DNA of 64,000 bases, from assembly GCA_963776625.1 (NCBI GenBank), contig CAVZNP010000004.1, forward strand, positions 311,288-375,287. The letters run 5' to 3'. Made by a program: the position numbers and the translations under genes. Positions 56,725 to 64,000 of the stretch are shown in pieces. Numbering within the stretch: the first letter of the stretch is position 1; each line of letters begins with the position of its first letter. Below the pieces are notes generated by a model that made no database searches, was not told the origin of the DNA, and was given only the letters and a program-made list of their open reading frames with translations. Source of the DNA: an uncultured Chloroflexia bacterium (GTDB taxonomy: Bacteria; Chloroflexota; UBA6077; CF-72).

Positions 56725-57668
56725 AGTCTGCGCATTCGCCAGCAGATGCCGACAGGGTAGCCGAGCATCTTGGCCACATCACCGGTGACTCGAATCACGG
56801 GTACGAGTCCGAGAGCGATCAACGTCTCACGAGAAGAAAGTGTTTCACGTTTGAGACGGGCGTAGGGCCGGTGCGTGTAGGCCAGGCCGCCCAGCGGCAG
56901 AAGCCAGGCCCCGCGCCGCGCACGCGCCACGACAAGCGCCGCGAAGACATACGCGGCGTAGCGGATCGCGTGGCGGCGCGGCCACAGGCCGGCTTTACCG
57001 TCGCCGCGCGCGTAGCGGTAATACTGGCGAAAGAAGGCGGTCAGTGATCGGCGCGGGCGGAAATGGGCCACGGCGCCAGGCGCAAACGCAAACTGGCAGC
57101 CATTGCGCACGAGCGCAAAGTCGAAGACCAGATCTTCGCAATAGTCTAGCCACTCCGGGTAGCCGCCCACATGCTCCCAGCTTGCGCGTCTGAACAGCAC
57201 CGAGCGGCTCGAGGGCAAGAACGTCCTGGGGTTGACGTCCGCGAGGTCGGGCAGCGTGGTGGCGCCCAGGGCTCGCTCGAAGGTTGAATGAGGGTCGGCC
57301 GTGAAGAACCCACTCACCACGTCGGTCCGCGGCGTCAGCCGGTCGTGAAGCTGCCACAGCCATGACGCTGCGAGTCTGACCCCGGCGTCGGTCACCGCGA
57401 TCAGCTCCGCGTCGGTGGCGGCGATGGCCAGGTTGCGACCGCGCGAGATATTCGCGCCGGGCGCCTCGATCACTCGAAGAGGTACGCGCCGTGACCATCG
57501 CTCCAGCGCTGCGACGGTGCCGTCGGTGGAGCCACCGTCGACGATGATGACCTCATCGGGTGGCAGCGTTTGGGACGCGATGGACTCCAGGAGCGCATCG
57601 AGCGTGCCAACTTCGTTGAGCACGGTCACGATCAGCGCGGTGCGTTCTCGGGAGTTACGGCTTGCCAC
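56700..57668 (-). CDS. glycosyltransferase family 2
   Basis: ALIVTVLNEVGTLDALLESI..IIVDGGSTDGT. GTG 57668 is preferred over the Arg-rich longer ORF. Confidence 0.75.
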   Translation of the reverse strand: MASRNSRERTALIVTVLNEVGTLDALLESIASQTLPPDEVIIVDGGSTDGTVAALERWSRRVPLRVIEAPGANISRGRNLAIAATDAELIAVTDAGVRLAASWLWQLHDRLTPRTDVVSGFFTADPHSTFERALGATTLPDLADVNPRTFLPSSRSVLFRRASWEHVGGYPEWLDYCEDLVFDFALVRNGCQFAFAPGAVAHFRPRRSLTAFFRQYYRYARGDGKAGLWPRRHAIRYAAYVFAALVVARARRGAWLLPLGGLAYTHRPYARLKRETLSSRETLIALGLVPVIRVTGDVAKMLGYPVGICWRMRRLWTSRSSS

Positions 57669-59844
57669 GGAAACACGCCTGCTTCTTTGGCCAGATCGCC
57701 GCCGTTTGCGACGCTGACCGTCCCCTTCGCCGCCCACGGCTCGTCGACTTTCCAGTACTGCAGCGCGGCCCGCTGCGCACGCGCACCACCACGCTGCTCT
57801 GGTCCTCTCGCGTAGAGACGGGCAGACCATAGTGGTCGAGCCAATCCGGATCGGCCAGGAACGCGTCTTTGAGCGGCCGCGGCACGTTGTCCAGCAAGGC
57901 CACGTGCCGCGCTTCCACACCCGCGAACGGCAGGCCTCGATCACCCGCCGTGTCCAGCGGTGGCGGCGTCTGCCGATACGCCGACAGCCAGCTGTCCAGC
58001 CCGCGATCGTGCATGACGTCGAAGGTATTCAGGAACGCGAAAGACTTCTGCTCTGGTCGCCACTGCAGCACCGATTTCTGGAACGCCTGGACCACGAAAC
58101 CGTCCATCTCGAACCGCCGCGTGACCGGATAGCCGAGCACATCGGTCCCACCGAAAGCCTTGAAGCTCGTCCAGAACGGTATGCCGCCCTCATCCGTCAC
58201 CGAGAAGCCCGCGGCTGATCCGTTGCCATTGGTCTGCGTAAAGAAGTGGCCGCTGGCGATGTCGTAGTCCGCGACCCGCGTCACCGCCCCGCTGCTCACC
58301 TGAATCGTCGAGTAACCGGCCGGGAGATTGAGCGCGCGCACCTGGTGTGGTGTCGAGCCTCCAAGCAGCTCTCCGAGATCGACCGTCGCGCTCAACGGTG
58401 CGCTGGCCCAGACGTCGACCGCCGCTGGTGTCGTCCAGGTGAGGAACAGTTGAGCGGGGCTGGCGGCCTGGAAGCTGGCCGCACCGCCGTCGACGTTCTG
58501 GCCACCCAACATCAACGCGTCGTCGGCACGATACACATAGCGCGGACCGCTCGCAGGATCGTCGTCCAGCTTCAAGGTGCCTGGCGGGCTGCCCGTAGTG
58601 TCGAGGTACGTGCGCAGCGCGGCCATGGCGCCGACCACGGGCTTGGGCGTGCCGTCGAGCTGAAAGGCGCCGAGGGTGCGCTCGCGCTGGTTGAAGCCTG
58701 GCGGCATGTCGTTGAGCATCCACTTGGCGCCGCCAGCAGCGTGCTGTGCCAGCAAGCCCAGCTCGATGGCCACCTCGTTCAGGCTGGCCTTGCTGGCATC
58801 GAGCGTGTCGGTCGCGTAGCCGAATTCGCTGAGAACGAAGGGCTTGCCGGGGTGCGCACGCTCGATGCTGCTGACCAGGCTCAAAGTGGCGCGAATCGAG
58901 CTGCCACTCGCGGCCGGGTAGCGATGCAGGCTCTCGTAGTCGAGCGCGTCATTGGCTGGCTGGCTGGCTAGGATCACGTCGACGTGGTCCACGGTCACAG
59001 GCCGCATCGGATCAGCCGTCTTGATGGCAGTCAGCTGGGGTTGGATCCAGGCTTGCAAGGTTTGATTCAGGGCACTGACCAGCGGCGCCCACTTCTGGCA
59101 GTCGGGACTGGCGAGATAGTCCAGAGCCGTGCCTCCATGCGTTTTCACCCACGCCGCCTCGTCGTTGAGCATCGCCTCGTAGAGGCGCAGATTGTTGACG
59201 TAAATGTAGGCTTCGTCGTCCGACAGGTAGCTCGGTACGTTTTTGATCCCGTCGTCGCTGGCGCGGTAGTCGGCAAGCTGGTCGCGCGGGAGCTGCTCGC
59301 CGAAGGTGTCGATCAGCGTGTGCTGCTGGAGAGGCACCGGGCTGGCGTACTTCGTGAGCGCCAGGTCGCCGAAGTGTGGCTCGTTCTTCAGGTCAAACGC
59401 GAGCACGCCCGCGCGGTTGCGATAGTGCTGGGCGATCTGACCGCCGATCGCGCTGACCTTTGACAGGTCGCGCTCGTCGTAGTCGTGGAGGGACACGATG
59501 AGCTGCAGGTGGTGCTGTTCGGCGAGGTTGACAACCTGGTCGAGCTTGTCCCACTTGCCGGAGGCCAGATCGCTGACGAGGCCTGCCTGGACAAAGATGC
59601 GCAGGACGTTCACGCCCGCCTCGCTGGCGCGCACAAAGTCTGCGTCGATGAGGTTGGAGTCGAACTTGTCCGGGTCCCACATCTGCCAGGCGCGGTCGGC
59701 CGGGCCCTCGTAGTTCATGCCCGTGATGAACATCGGGGCGCCGTTGGGACCAAGGAGGCGTTGCCCGTCGGCCGAGGTAGCCGCCTGCGCGGGCTGGCTC
59801 GCAAGGGCGGCCAGCAGCACCACAGTCATGACCGCGTTGCGCAC
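57632..59844 (-). pseudogene. secreted clan GH-A (GH5-like) glycoside hydrolase with a large C-terminal domain of unknown function, one frame change near the 3' end as written
   Basis: Signal peptide (..ALASQPAQA), then FDLKNEP (acid/base) and LSEFGY (nucleophile). The C-terminus ..DQSSVVV continues in another frame as RAQRAALQYWKVDEPWAAKGTVSVANGGDLAKEAGVFPWQAVTPE. The junction is at about 57781-57786. Confidence 0.7.
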
Positions 59845-59874
59845 CCGCCGGTTAACGGCGCCGCGCCGACCGGG

Positions 59875-61083
59875 TTACCGGAAGCCCGTGAGGGCTCCGT
59901 CGCGCAACGCGTAATACACGGGCTCGAGGCTGAAATCGGGATTCGCCACGCGGAAGTAGAACCAATCCTGATCCTGATTTGCGTAGTCCGCGCGCTTGAA
60001 GAACCACACGAAGCCCACCTTGAGCCACGGCCACTGTTCAGCGGCGCGGTCGAACGCGCGCACCGTGTACCTCGCCTGCAGCGACGGCGTCACTCGCCCG
60101 AACTCCTGATACGCCGTCGCAGGCGGATTGTCATTCCATCCCATTTCCGTCGCCCAGACCGGCACGTCCGCATCGCCATTGGCGACCATCACCTGACGCA
60201 CCAGCGTCGGTCTGGAAAACGTCACGTCCGAGGTGGCGTCGACACGTGGGTCGTCCGGCCCTCCTCGCAAGCCGTAGGCCTGCACCGCCAGCACGTCGAA
60301 GCTCCCACGCACCCCCGCGTCGTACAGTTGCTGCAAATAGATCAGCTCGTTGAGCGCGTCGGAGTTCTCGGTGAGCGTTGGCGCAAGCGCGGCCATGACG
60401 ACTCGCGCGGATGGGTCCGCCGCGCGTATCCGCTCCGAGGCCCCTACCAGCATCCGCGCGTAGTCGACGGCAGACGGCGGGCGATGCCCCCACTCGCTGG
60501 TCAGATTCGGCTCGTTCCAGATCTGGTATGCCGCGACGCGACCGCGATACCGCGTGGCGACCTCCGAAACAAAATCGAAATAGTCCTCGTACGAGACGGG
60601 CGGCGACAGGCCATCCGGCGCGTCCGCGGGCAGCGCCCAGCGTGGGCTCGTATCGAGTCGCAACATCACGTCCATGCCCGAGGCCGAGGCGCGATCGACG
60701 ATGTCGTCGAACTTGGTCCAGGTCGAGCCCCCGAAATTCGGATCAGTCGTCTCGCCCCTGGCCACTGGCTCGACCTGCTCCCACGGCAGCTCTTGACGGA
60801 TCCACGTGACGCCAGCCGCGTGCAACAGATCCAGCGTGGCCTGACGCTTGACCGGCTCGACTTCTTGCTCGAGGAACACGTTCATGCCCAGCGCGGGCGC
60901 GGCCACGCTCGCCTCAGCCGGCGCGCGGCCAGCCGTGAGCGCCACCCAGCGATGGCGCAGATCGATCGACAGCGTGTCCCAGGGCCCCGTGCTCAACGAG
61001 CTCAGCAGCCACAGTAGGCCCACTGAAGCGAGCGTCGGGATGAGCCAGGTCCAGCGTCGCGAGCCGCTCACGGCTTCAGCCAC
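59875..61083 (-). CDS. membrane-anchored clan GH-A glycoside hydrolase (PslG/GH39-GH5-like)
   Basis: An N-terminal TM helix, YQIWNEPN (acid/base) and WATEMGW (nucleophile). Confidence 0.6.
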   Translation of the reverse strand: MAEAVSGSRRWTWLIPTLASVGLLWLLSSLSTGPWDTLSIDLRHRWVALTAGRAPAEASVAAPALGMNVFLEQEVEPVKRQATLDLLHAAGVTWIRQELPWEQVEPVARGETTDPNFGGSTWTKFDDIVDRASASGMDVMLRLDTSPRWALPADAPDGLSPPVSYEDYFDFVSEVATRYRGRVAAYQIWNEPNLTSEWGHRPPSAVDYARMLVGASERIRAADPSARVVMAALAPTLTENSDALNELIYLQQLYDAGVRGSFDVLAVQAYGLRGGPDDPRVDATSDVTFSRPTLVRQVMVANGDADVPVWATEMGWNDNPPATAYQEFGRVTPSLQARYTVRAFDRAAEQWPWLKVGFVWFFKRADYANQDQDWFYFRVANPDFSLEPVYYALRDGALTGFR

Positions 61084-62201
61084 GCGTAGGCTTCTCGCAC
61101 CCTGTCTCGCATCGCCGCCCAGGTATAGCGCTGTTCCACCAGCCTACGCGCGTTACACGCCAGCCGCTGGCGCAGGGCGGGATCCTTCAGGAGGCGCCGC
61201 AGATCGGCAACCCACGCGTCTGCCGAATCGGCTTGCAGATAGTGCACGTCAGGCTCAGCTTCCAGACCCTCCATGCCCAGTCGTGTCGAGAGGATCGGCA
61301 CACCGCTGGCCATGGCGACCAGCGCCTTGAGACGCGACCCGCCGCCTGTTTGCACAGGCAGGACCAGGGCGGCGCACCGCGCAAAGTACGGCCGCTCGTC
61401 GGCAACGTAGCCCGTTACGGCAATGCGGTCATCGTGCTGGCCGGCTTCGACGAGCCACGCAGGCGGCGCCGCCCCGACAGCGAACAAGCGCGCCTCCGGC
61501 ACGCGCGGCAGCACGACGCGCATGAACCACGCCAGGGCAGCCGCGTTGGGCCGGAAGTCCAGCTTGCCGACGAACAGCACGTTCGCTGGTGCCCCATCGG
61601 ACGACGGATAGGACGGGGTATAAGGCGGGTGAAACGGATACGCCGCGACGTCGATGGCGTTGGGAATGACACGCACGTCGGGCGCCGCGCCCGCCAGCGC
61701 GATGAGCTGATTGGCATCGTGCTCCGAGACAGCGAGCGTCAAGCGACTGCCGCGCACCACCTCGCCCTCGAAGCGCTCCAGCCGTCGCCACTGAACGCGC
61801 GAATACAGACGTCCGAGGGGTGAGGCAGTCTGCGCAAGGCGTCGCTGGAGCAGGAACTCGGCGTTGTGGGCGTCATACACCCGCCTGGTGGGCGGCACCA
61901 TGCTGAGATAGCGAGCCATTTCGATGCCCTCGGCCTGGACCGCGTCGTACTGGCGTGCGCGCAGCTGTCGCCACACGGTCTCCGCAAAGTCAGGCGACCA
62001 CAAACGCTGGGCCATGTCCGGGAGGTCGGAACCGGCCAGGTCCGCGATGCGCCTGATCGTTGAGCGCGAAGGGACCCCCGGAATGAGCGTGTCGACCGTG
62101 TGGGTCTCAGACAGGAGGTGCAGCAGCCCGGCGTTGCGAATGCGCGCACCAGCATCGGCTGGCACGGGACGCGACGGCAGCAATACGAGCAACTGGCTCA
62201 T
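61068..62201 (-). CDS. glycosyltransferase family 4 (GT-B)
   Basis: C-terminal GT1/GT4 pattern: LFVGKLDFRPN.., ..PVQTGGGSRLKALVAMASGVPILST.. Confidence 0.8.
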   Translation of the reverse strand: MSQLLVLLPSRPVPADAGARIRNAGLLHLLSETHTVDTLIPGVPSRSTIRRIADLAGSDLPDMAQRLWSPDFAETVWRQLRARQYDAVQAEGIEMARYLSMVPPTRRVYDAHNAEFLLQRRLAQTASPLGRLYSRVQWRRLERFEGEVVRGSRLTLAVSEHDANQLIALAGAAPDVRVIPNAIDVAAYPFHPPYTPSYPSSDGAPANVLFVGKLDFRPNAAALAWFMRVVLPRVPEARLFAVGAAPPAWLVEAGQHDDRIAVTGYVADERPYFARCAALVLPVQTGGGSRLKALVAMASGVPILSTRLGMEGLEAEPDVHYLQADSADAWVADLRRLLKDPALRQRLACNARRLVEQRYTWAAMRDRVREAYAWLKP

Positions 62202-63340
62202 GCCAGGAGCGCCTCACGATAGACGTCGCGCGTCGCCAGCGCCGCGCGCGTCCAGGAGAACGACGCCGCCCGTTCAAAGCCTTTCTGCCGCAAGGCGTCG
62301 GCTCGTGGTGCGTCGGTCAGGACCGCGAGCATCGCCTGCGCCCATGGGCCTGGGTCGTGTGGCGCGAGCAGTACGGCCGCGTCGCCTGCCACCTCGGGGA
62401 GTGGCCCGCTGTTGGAACAGATCACCGGCGCCCCACAGGCCATCGCTTCAAGAACGGGCAAGCCGAAGCCCTCATACAGCGACGGCAGGACAAAGATGGC
62501 GGCGTGCGAGTACAGCGTGGCGAGGTCTTCCTGACCGAGATTGCCGAGAAAGCGCACCGCATCGCCGAGCCCCGAGCGCGCGTGCGCCGCGAAGATGGGC
62601 TGCTCGAGCCAGCCGCGTCCGCCAACGACCAGGAGCTGAACATCCAACTGCTGCCGCACCTGGGCGAATGCATCGAGCAGCAGCGGCACGTTCTTGCGCG
62701 GCTCGAGCGTGCCCACGAAGAGCGCGTAGGGGCGCCGGTCGAGCTGCAACCGACTTGCGGTTACCTCGAACTCGGCGTCGCCGCGCGGGCTGAAGCCGGG
62801 CGCCGCTGCTTCTGGAACGACGCGCATGCGGACAGGATCCACGCCCAGCAGGCGTACCGCGTCCGAGGCGGTGCGCTGCGATACCGCGATCACGCGTTCC
62901 GCCTTCCGCACGCTTTCGCCGCTCGCGGCGTAGTACGCGCGCGACTCCGCGGTATGCGTGGCCGGATAGAGCAGGAACGCAAGGTCGTGCAGGGTCACCA
63001 CGCTGCGCCAGTTGCGCCAGGCGGGCGCCACGTGGTCCACCGAGTGAAGCAGCGCTGGCCAGGGTCGGCGCGCGAGCAGCTCGAGCGGCAGCGTCCAACG
63101 CTCGAAGCGATTGTGGGGCGGGGTGAAGACGACTGCCTGCTTCGTGTTCACCCCGCCAATGCGCGCATGCCGACCGCGACGACTGCGCAGGACGACGTAC
63201 TCCTCCGGACCGTCGAGTCCGTCGAGCGCCTCGATCAGCAGGCGCCCGTACTGGGCGATCCCCGCCGCGTAGCCCACCAGCCGCGCGTCAATCGCGACAA
63301 CCGGTCCCGGAGCGACTGCGTCCCGGAGCGACTGCGTCAA
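62198..63340 (-). CDS. glycosyltransferase family 4 (GT-B)
   Basis: [19 protein letters not shown] at the N-terminus, and [21 protein letters not shown] in the C-terminal part. The TTG at 63340 overlaps the upstream TGA and is the only in-frame canonical start before the conserved N-terminus. Confidence 0.8.
   Translation of the reverse strand: MTQSLRDAVAPGPVVAIDARLVGYAAGIAQYGRLLIEALDGLDGPEEYVVLRSRRGRHARIGGVNTKQAVVFTPPHNRFERWTLPLELLARRPWPALLHSVDHVAPAWRNWRSVVTLHDLAFLLYPATHTAESRAYYAASGESVRKAERVIAVSQRTASDAVRLLGVDPVRMRVVPEAAAPGFSPRGDAEFEVTASRLQLDRRPYALFVGTLEPRKNVPLLLDAFAQVRQQLDVQLLVVGGRGWLEQPIFAAHARSGLGDAVRFLGNLGQEDLATLYSHAAIFVLPSLYEGFGLPVLEAMACGAPVICSNSGPLPEVAGDAAVLLAPHDPGPWAQAMLAVLTDAPRADALRQKGFERAASFSWTRAALATRDVYREALLA
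63305..63336. repeat. perfect 16-bp tandem duplication at a stop/start junction
   Basis: tcccggagcgactgcg occurs twice in a row, at 63305-63320 and 63321-63336. It lies in codons 2-12 of the GT4 gene, directly 3' of the dnaC-like stop on the minus strand. Confidence 0.95.
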
Positions 63341-64000
63341 ATGCCGCGCGGAGGGCGTGCCGAGCGCGAGCGACCGGTCAACTGCGGCCGCTTGTAGGGC
63401 GGTGCGTCGATCGCGCAAACCGTCGACAGCTCTGGATCGAGGAGGCGTGAGAGGATGCGCAGCTCCTGGCTCGGCGCGCCCGAGGACGCCACACCGCGAT
63501 CCAGGGGCTGGTTGGTCGTGATCACCGTTGGCAGCCGCGCGTTGAAGCGGTAATTCAGGAGCTGAAACAGCTTTTCCTCGGCCCATGGTGTTGACGAGTG
63601 CGCGCCATAGTCGTCCAGCACGAGGACCTCCGCGTTGCGGATAGCGTCGAAGCCACGGTCATAGGTCACGTGGCTGTCGGGCGCGTAGGTCGCGCGCAGA
63701 TAGTCGAGCAGGTCAGGCGCCGTTTTGAACAGCGTCTGCTGGCCTCGGCCGTCGCGTTCGTTCTTGATCGCCGCCGCGAGATGCGTTTTGCCGCACCCCA
63801 CGCGCCCCACCAGGACCAGCCAGCCGTCGGGATCGTTCGCAAAGTTCCAGGCCTCGCGGAGGGCGGTAGCCAGTGACTGGTTGCTGTCGCACGCGAAGGT
63901 TTTGAAGGTACAGGCGCGCAAACCTTCGGGCCAGAGGTCTGTGAGCGAATCGAGCAGCGAGTGATCGCTGCTGATCACGTCGACGCGCAGCACGCGTCGG
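63337..64000 (-). CDS. DnaC/DnaI-like AAA+ helicase-loader family ATPase (may continue past the window edge)
   Basis: Walker A (LVGRVGCGKTHLAAAI), Walker B (VLVLDDYG) and ..LPTVITTNQPLD..RILSRL. An in-frame GTG lies at 63993, but the frame is open to the window end. Confidence 0.7.
   Translation of the reverse strand, partial: RRVLRVDVISSDHSLLDSLTDLWPEGLRACTFKTFACDSNQSLATALREAWNFANDPDGWLVLVGRVGCGKTHLAAAIKNERDGRGQQTLFKTAPDLLDYLRATYAPDSHVTYDRGFDAIRNAEVLVLDDYGAHSSTPWAEEKLFQLLNYRFNARLPTVITTNQPLDRGVASSGAPSQELRILSRLLDPELSTVCAIDAPPYKRPQLTGRSRSARPPRGI

Noticed and set aside
59485-61017. 510-aa plus-strand ORF opposite the two glycoside hydrolase genes
   Set aside because: It is a shadow ORF with Arg-rich composition. 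The minus-strand NEP/E catalytic motifs support the opposite-strand genes.
63337-64000. IS21-type IstB transposition helper, implying a mobile element at the right edge
   Set aside because: The C-terminal ..TNQPLD..RILSRL pattern and the N-terminal region fit DnaC/DnaI-type loaders better. No transposase, inverted repeats or target duplication are visible. This cannot be excluded without the sequence beyond 64000.
1-64000. tRNA, rRNA, tmRNA, RNase P or SRP RNA genes
   Set aside because: All intergenic gaps are 263 nt or shorter. None shows T-loop (GGTTCGAATCC-like) or other hallmark motifs outside coding sequence. A covariance-model scan is still required for certainty.

Overview
This is a clearly high-GC bacterial chromosomal segment that is densely coding, with about 60 protein genes and many 1-30 nt overlaps between neighbours. 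I found no rRNA, tRNA, CRISPR array, transposase or prophage signature.

The gene content is almost entirely housekeeping:
- **Redox and central metabolism:** CoxS/CoxM-type Mo-hydroxylase subunits, a membrane-fused SUOX-fold Mo-oxidoreductase, a class II aldolase and an aspartase/fumarase.
- **RNA, translation and repair:** a DEAD-box helicase, tgt, an RqcH/NFACT protein, mfd, pth and a SigA-like sigma factor.
- **Nucleotide metabolism:** gmk, tmk-darA, pyrG and apt.
- **Envelope and secretion:** a class A PBP, a D-Ala-D-Ala carboxypeptidase, secDF and def.
- **Cofactor and methyl cycle:** cobU, cobT (archaeal type) and cobS, plus mtnA-mtnP-ahcY.
- **Sugar and glycan genes:** GDP-sugar genes, and a 9-kb surface-glycan locus at the right end with a priming phosphotransferase, 2 GT2, 2 clan GH-A hydrolases and 2 GT4.

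The synteny and family mix (ycf45-like R3H ATPase, tmk-darA, RqcH, archaeal-type CobT, Pro/Thr-rich linkers) suggest a Chloroflexota/Thermomicrobia-like lineage. That placement is inference only.

I do not see a convincing new multi-gene system. The observations most worth a second look are:
1. **Apparent frameshifts.** About 17 single-base frame changes break 7 otherwise well-conserved genes, including def and secF. Nine fall in one ycf45-like gene, and seven of those lie within 282 bp. This looks more like residual indel error or a low-coverage patch than true decay, but it needs read-level confirmation.
2. **Back-to-back ECF-type promoters.** Two identical GCAAC-N17-CGTC motifs sit between an ECF sigma/anti-sigma operon and a divergent pspC-liaF-like operon. 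This predicts a self-contained envelope-stress circuit.
3. **A 16-bp tandem duplication.** A perfect duplication sits exactly at a stop/start junction and supplies the only in-frame start for a GT4 gene.
4. **Two 15-bp tandem repeat arrays.**
5. **Two genes without a canonical start.** In tgt and an RlmI-like methyltransferase, the conserved N-terminus begins before any canonical start codon.

Start codons of many genes are uncertain at this GC content.
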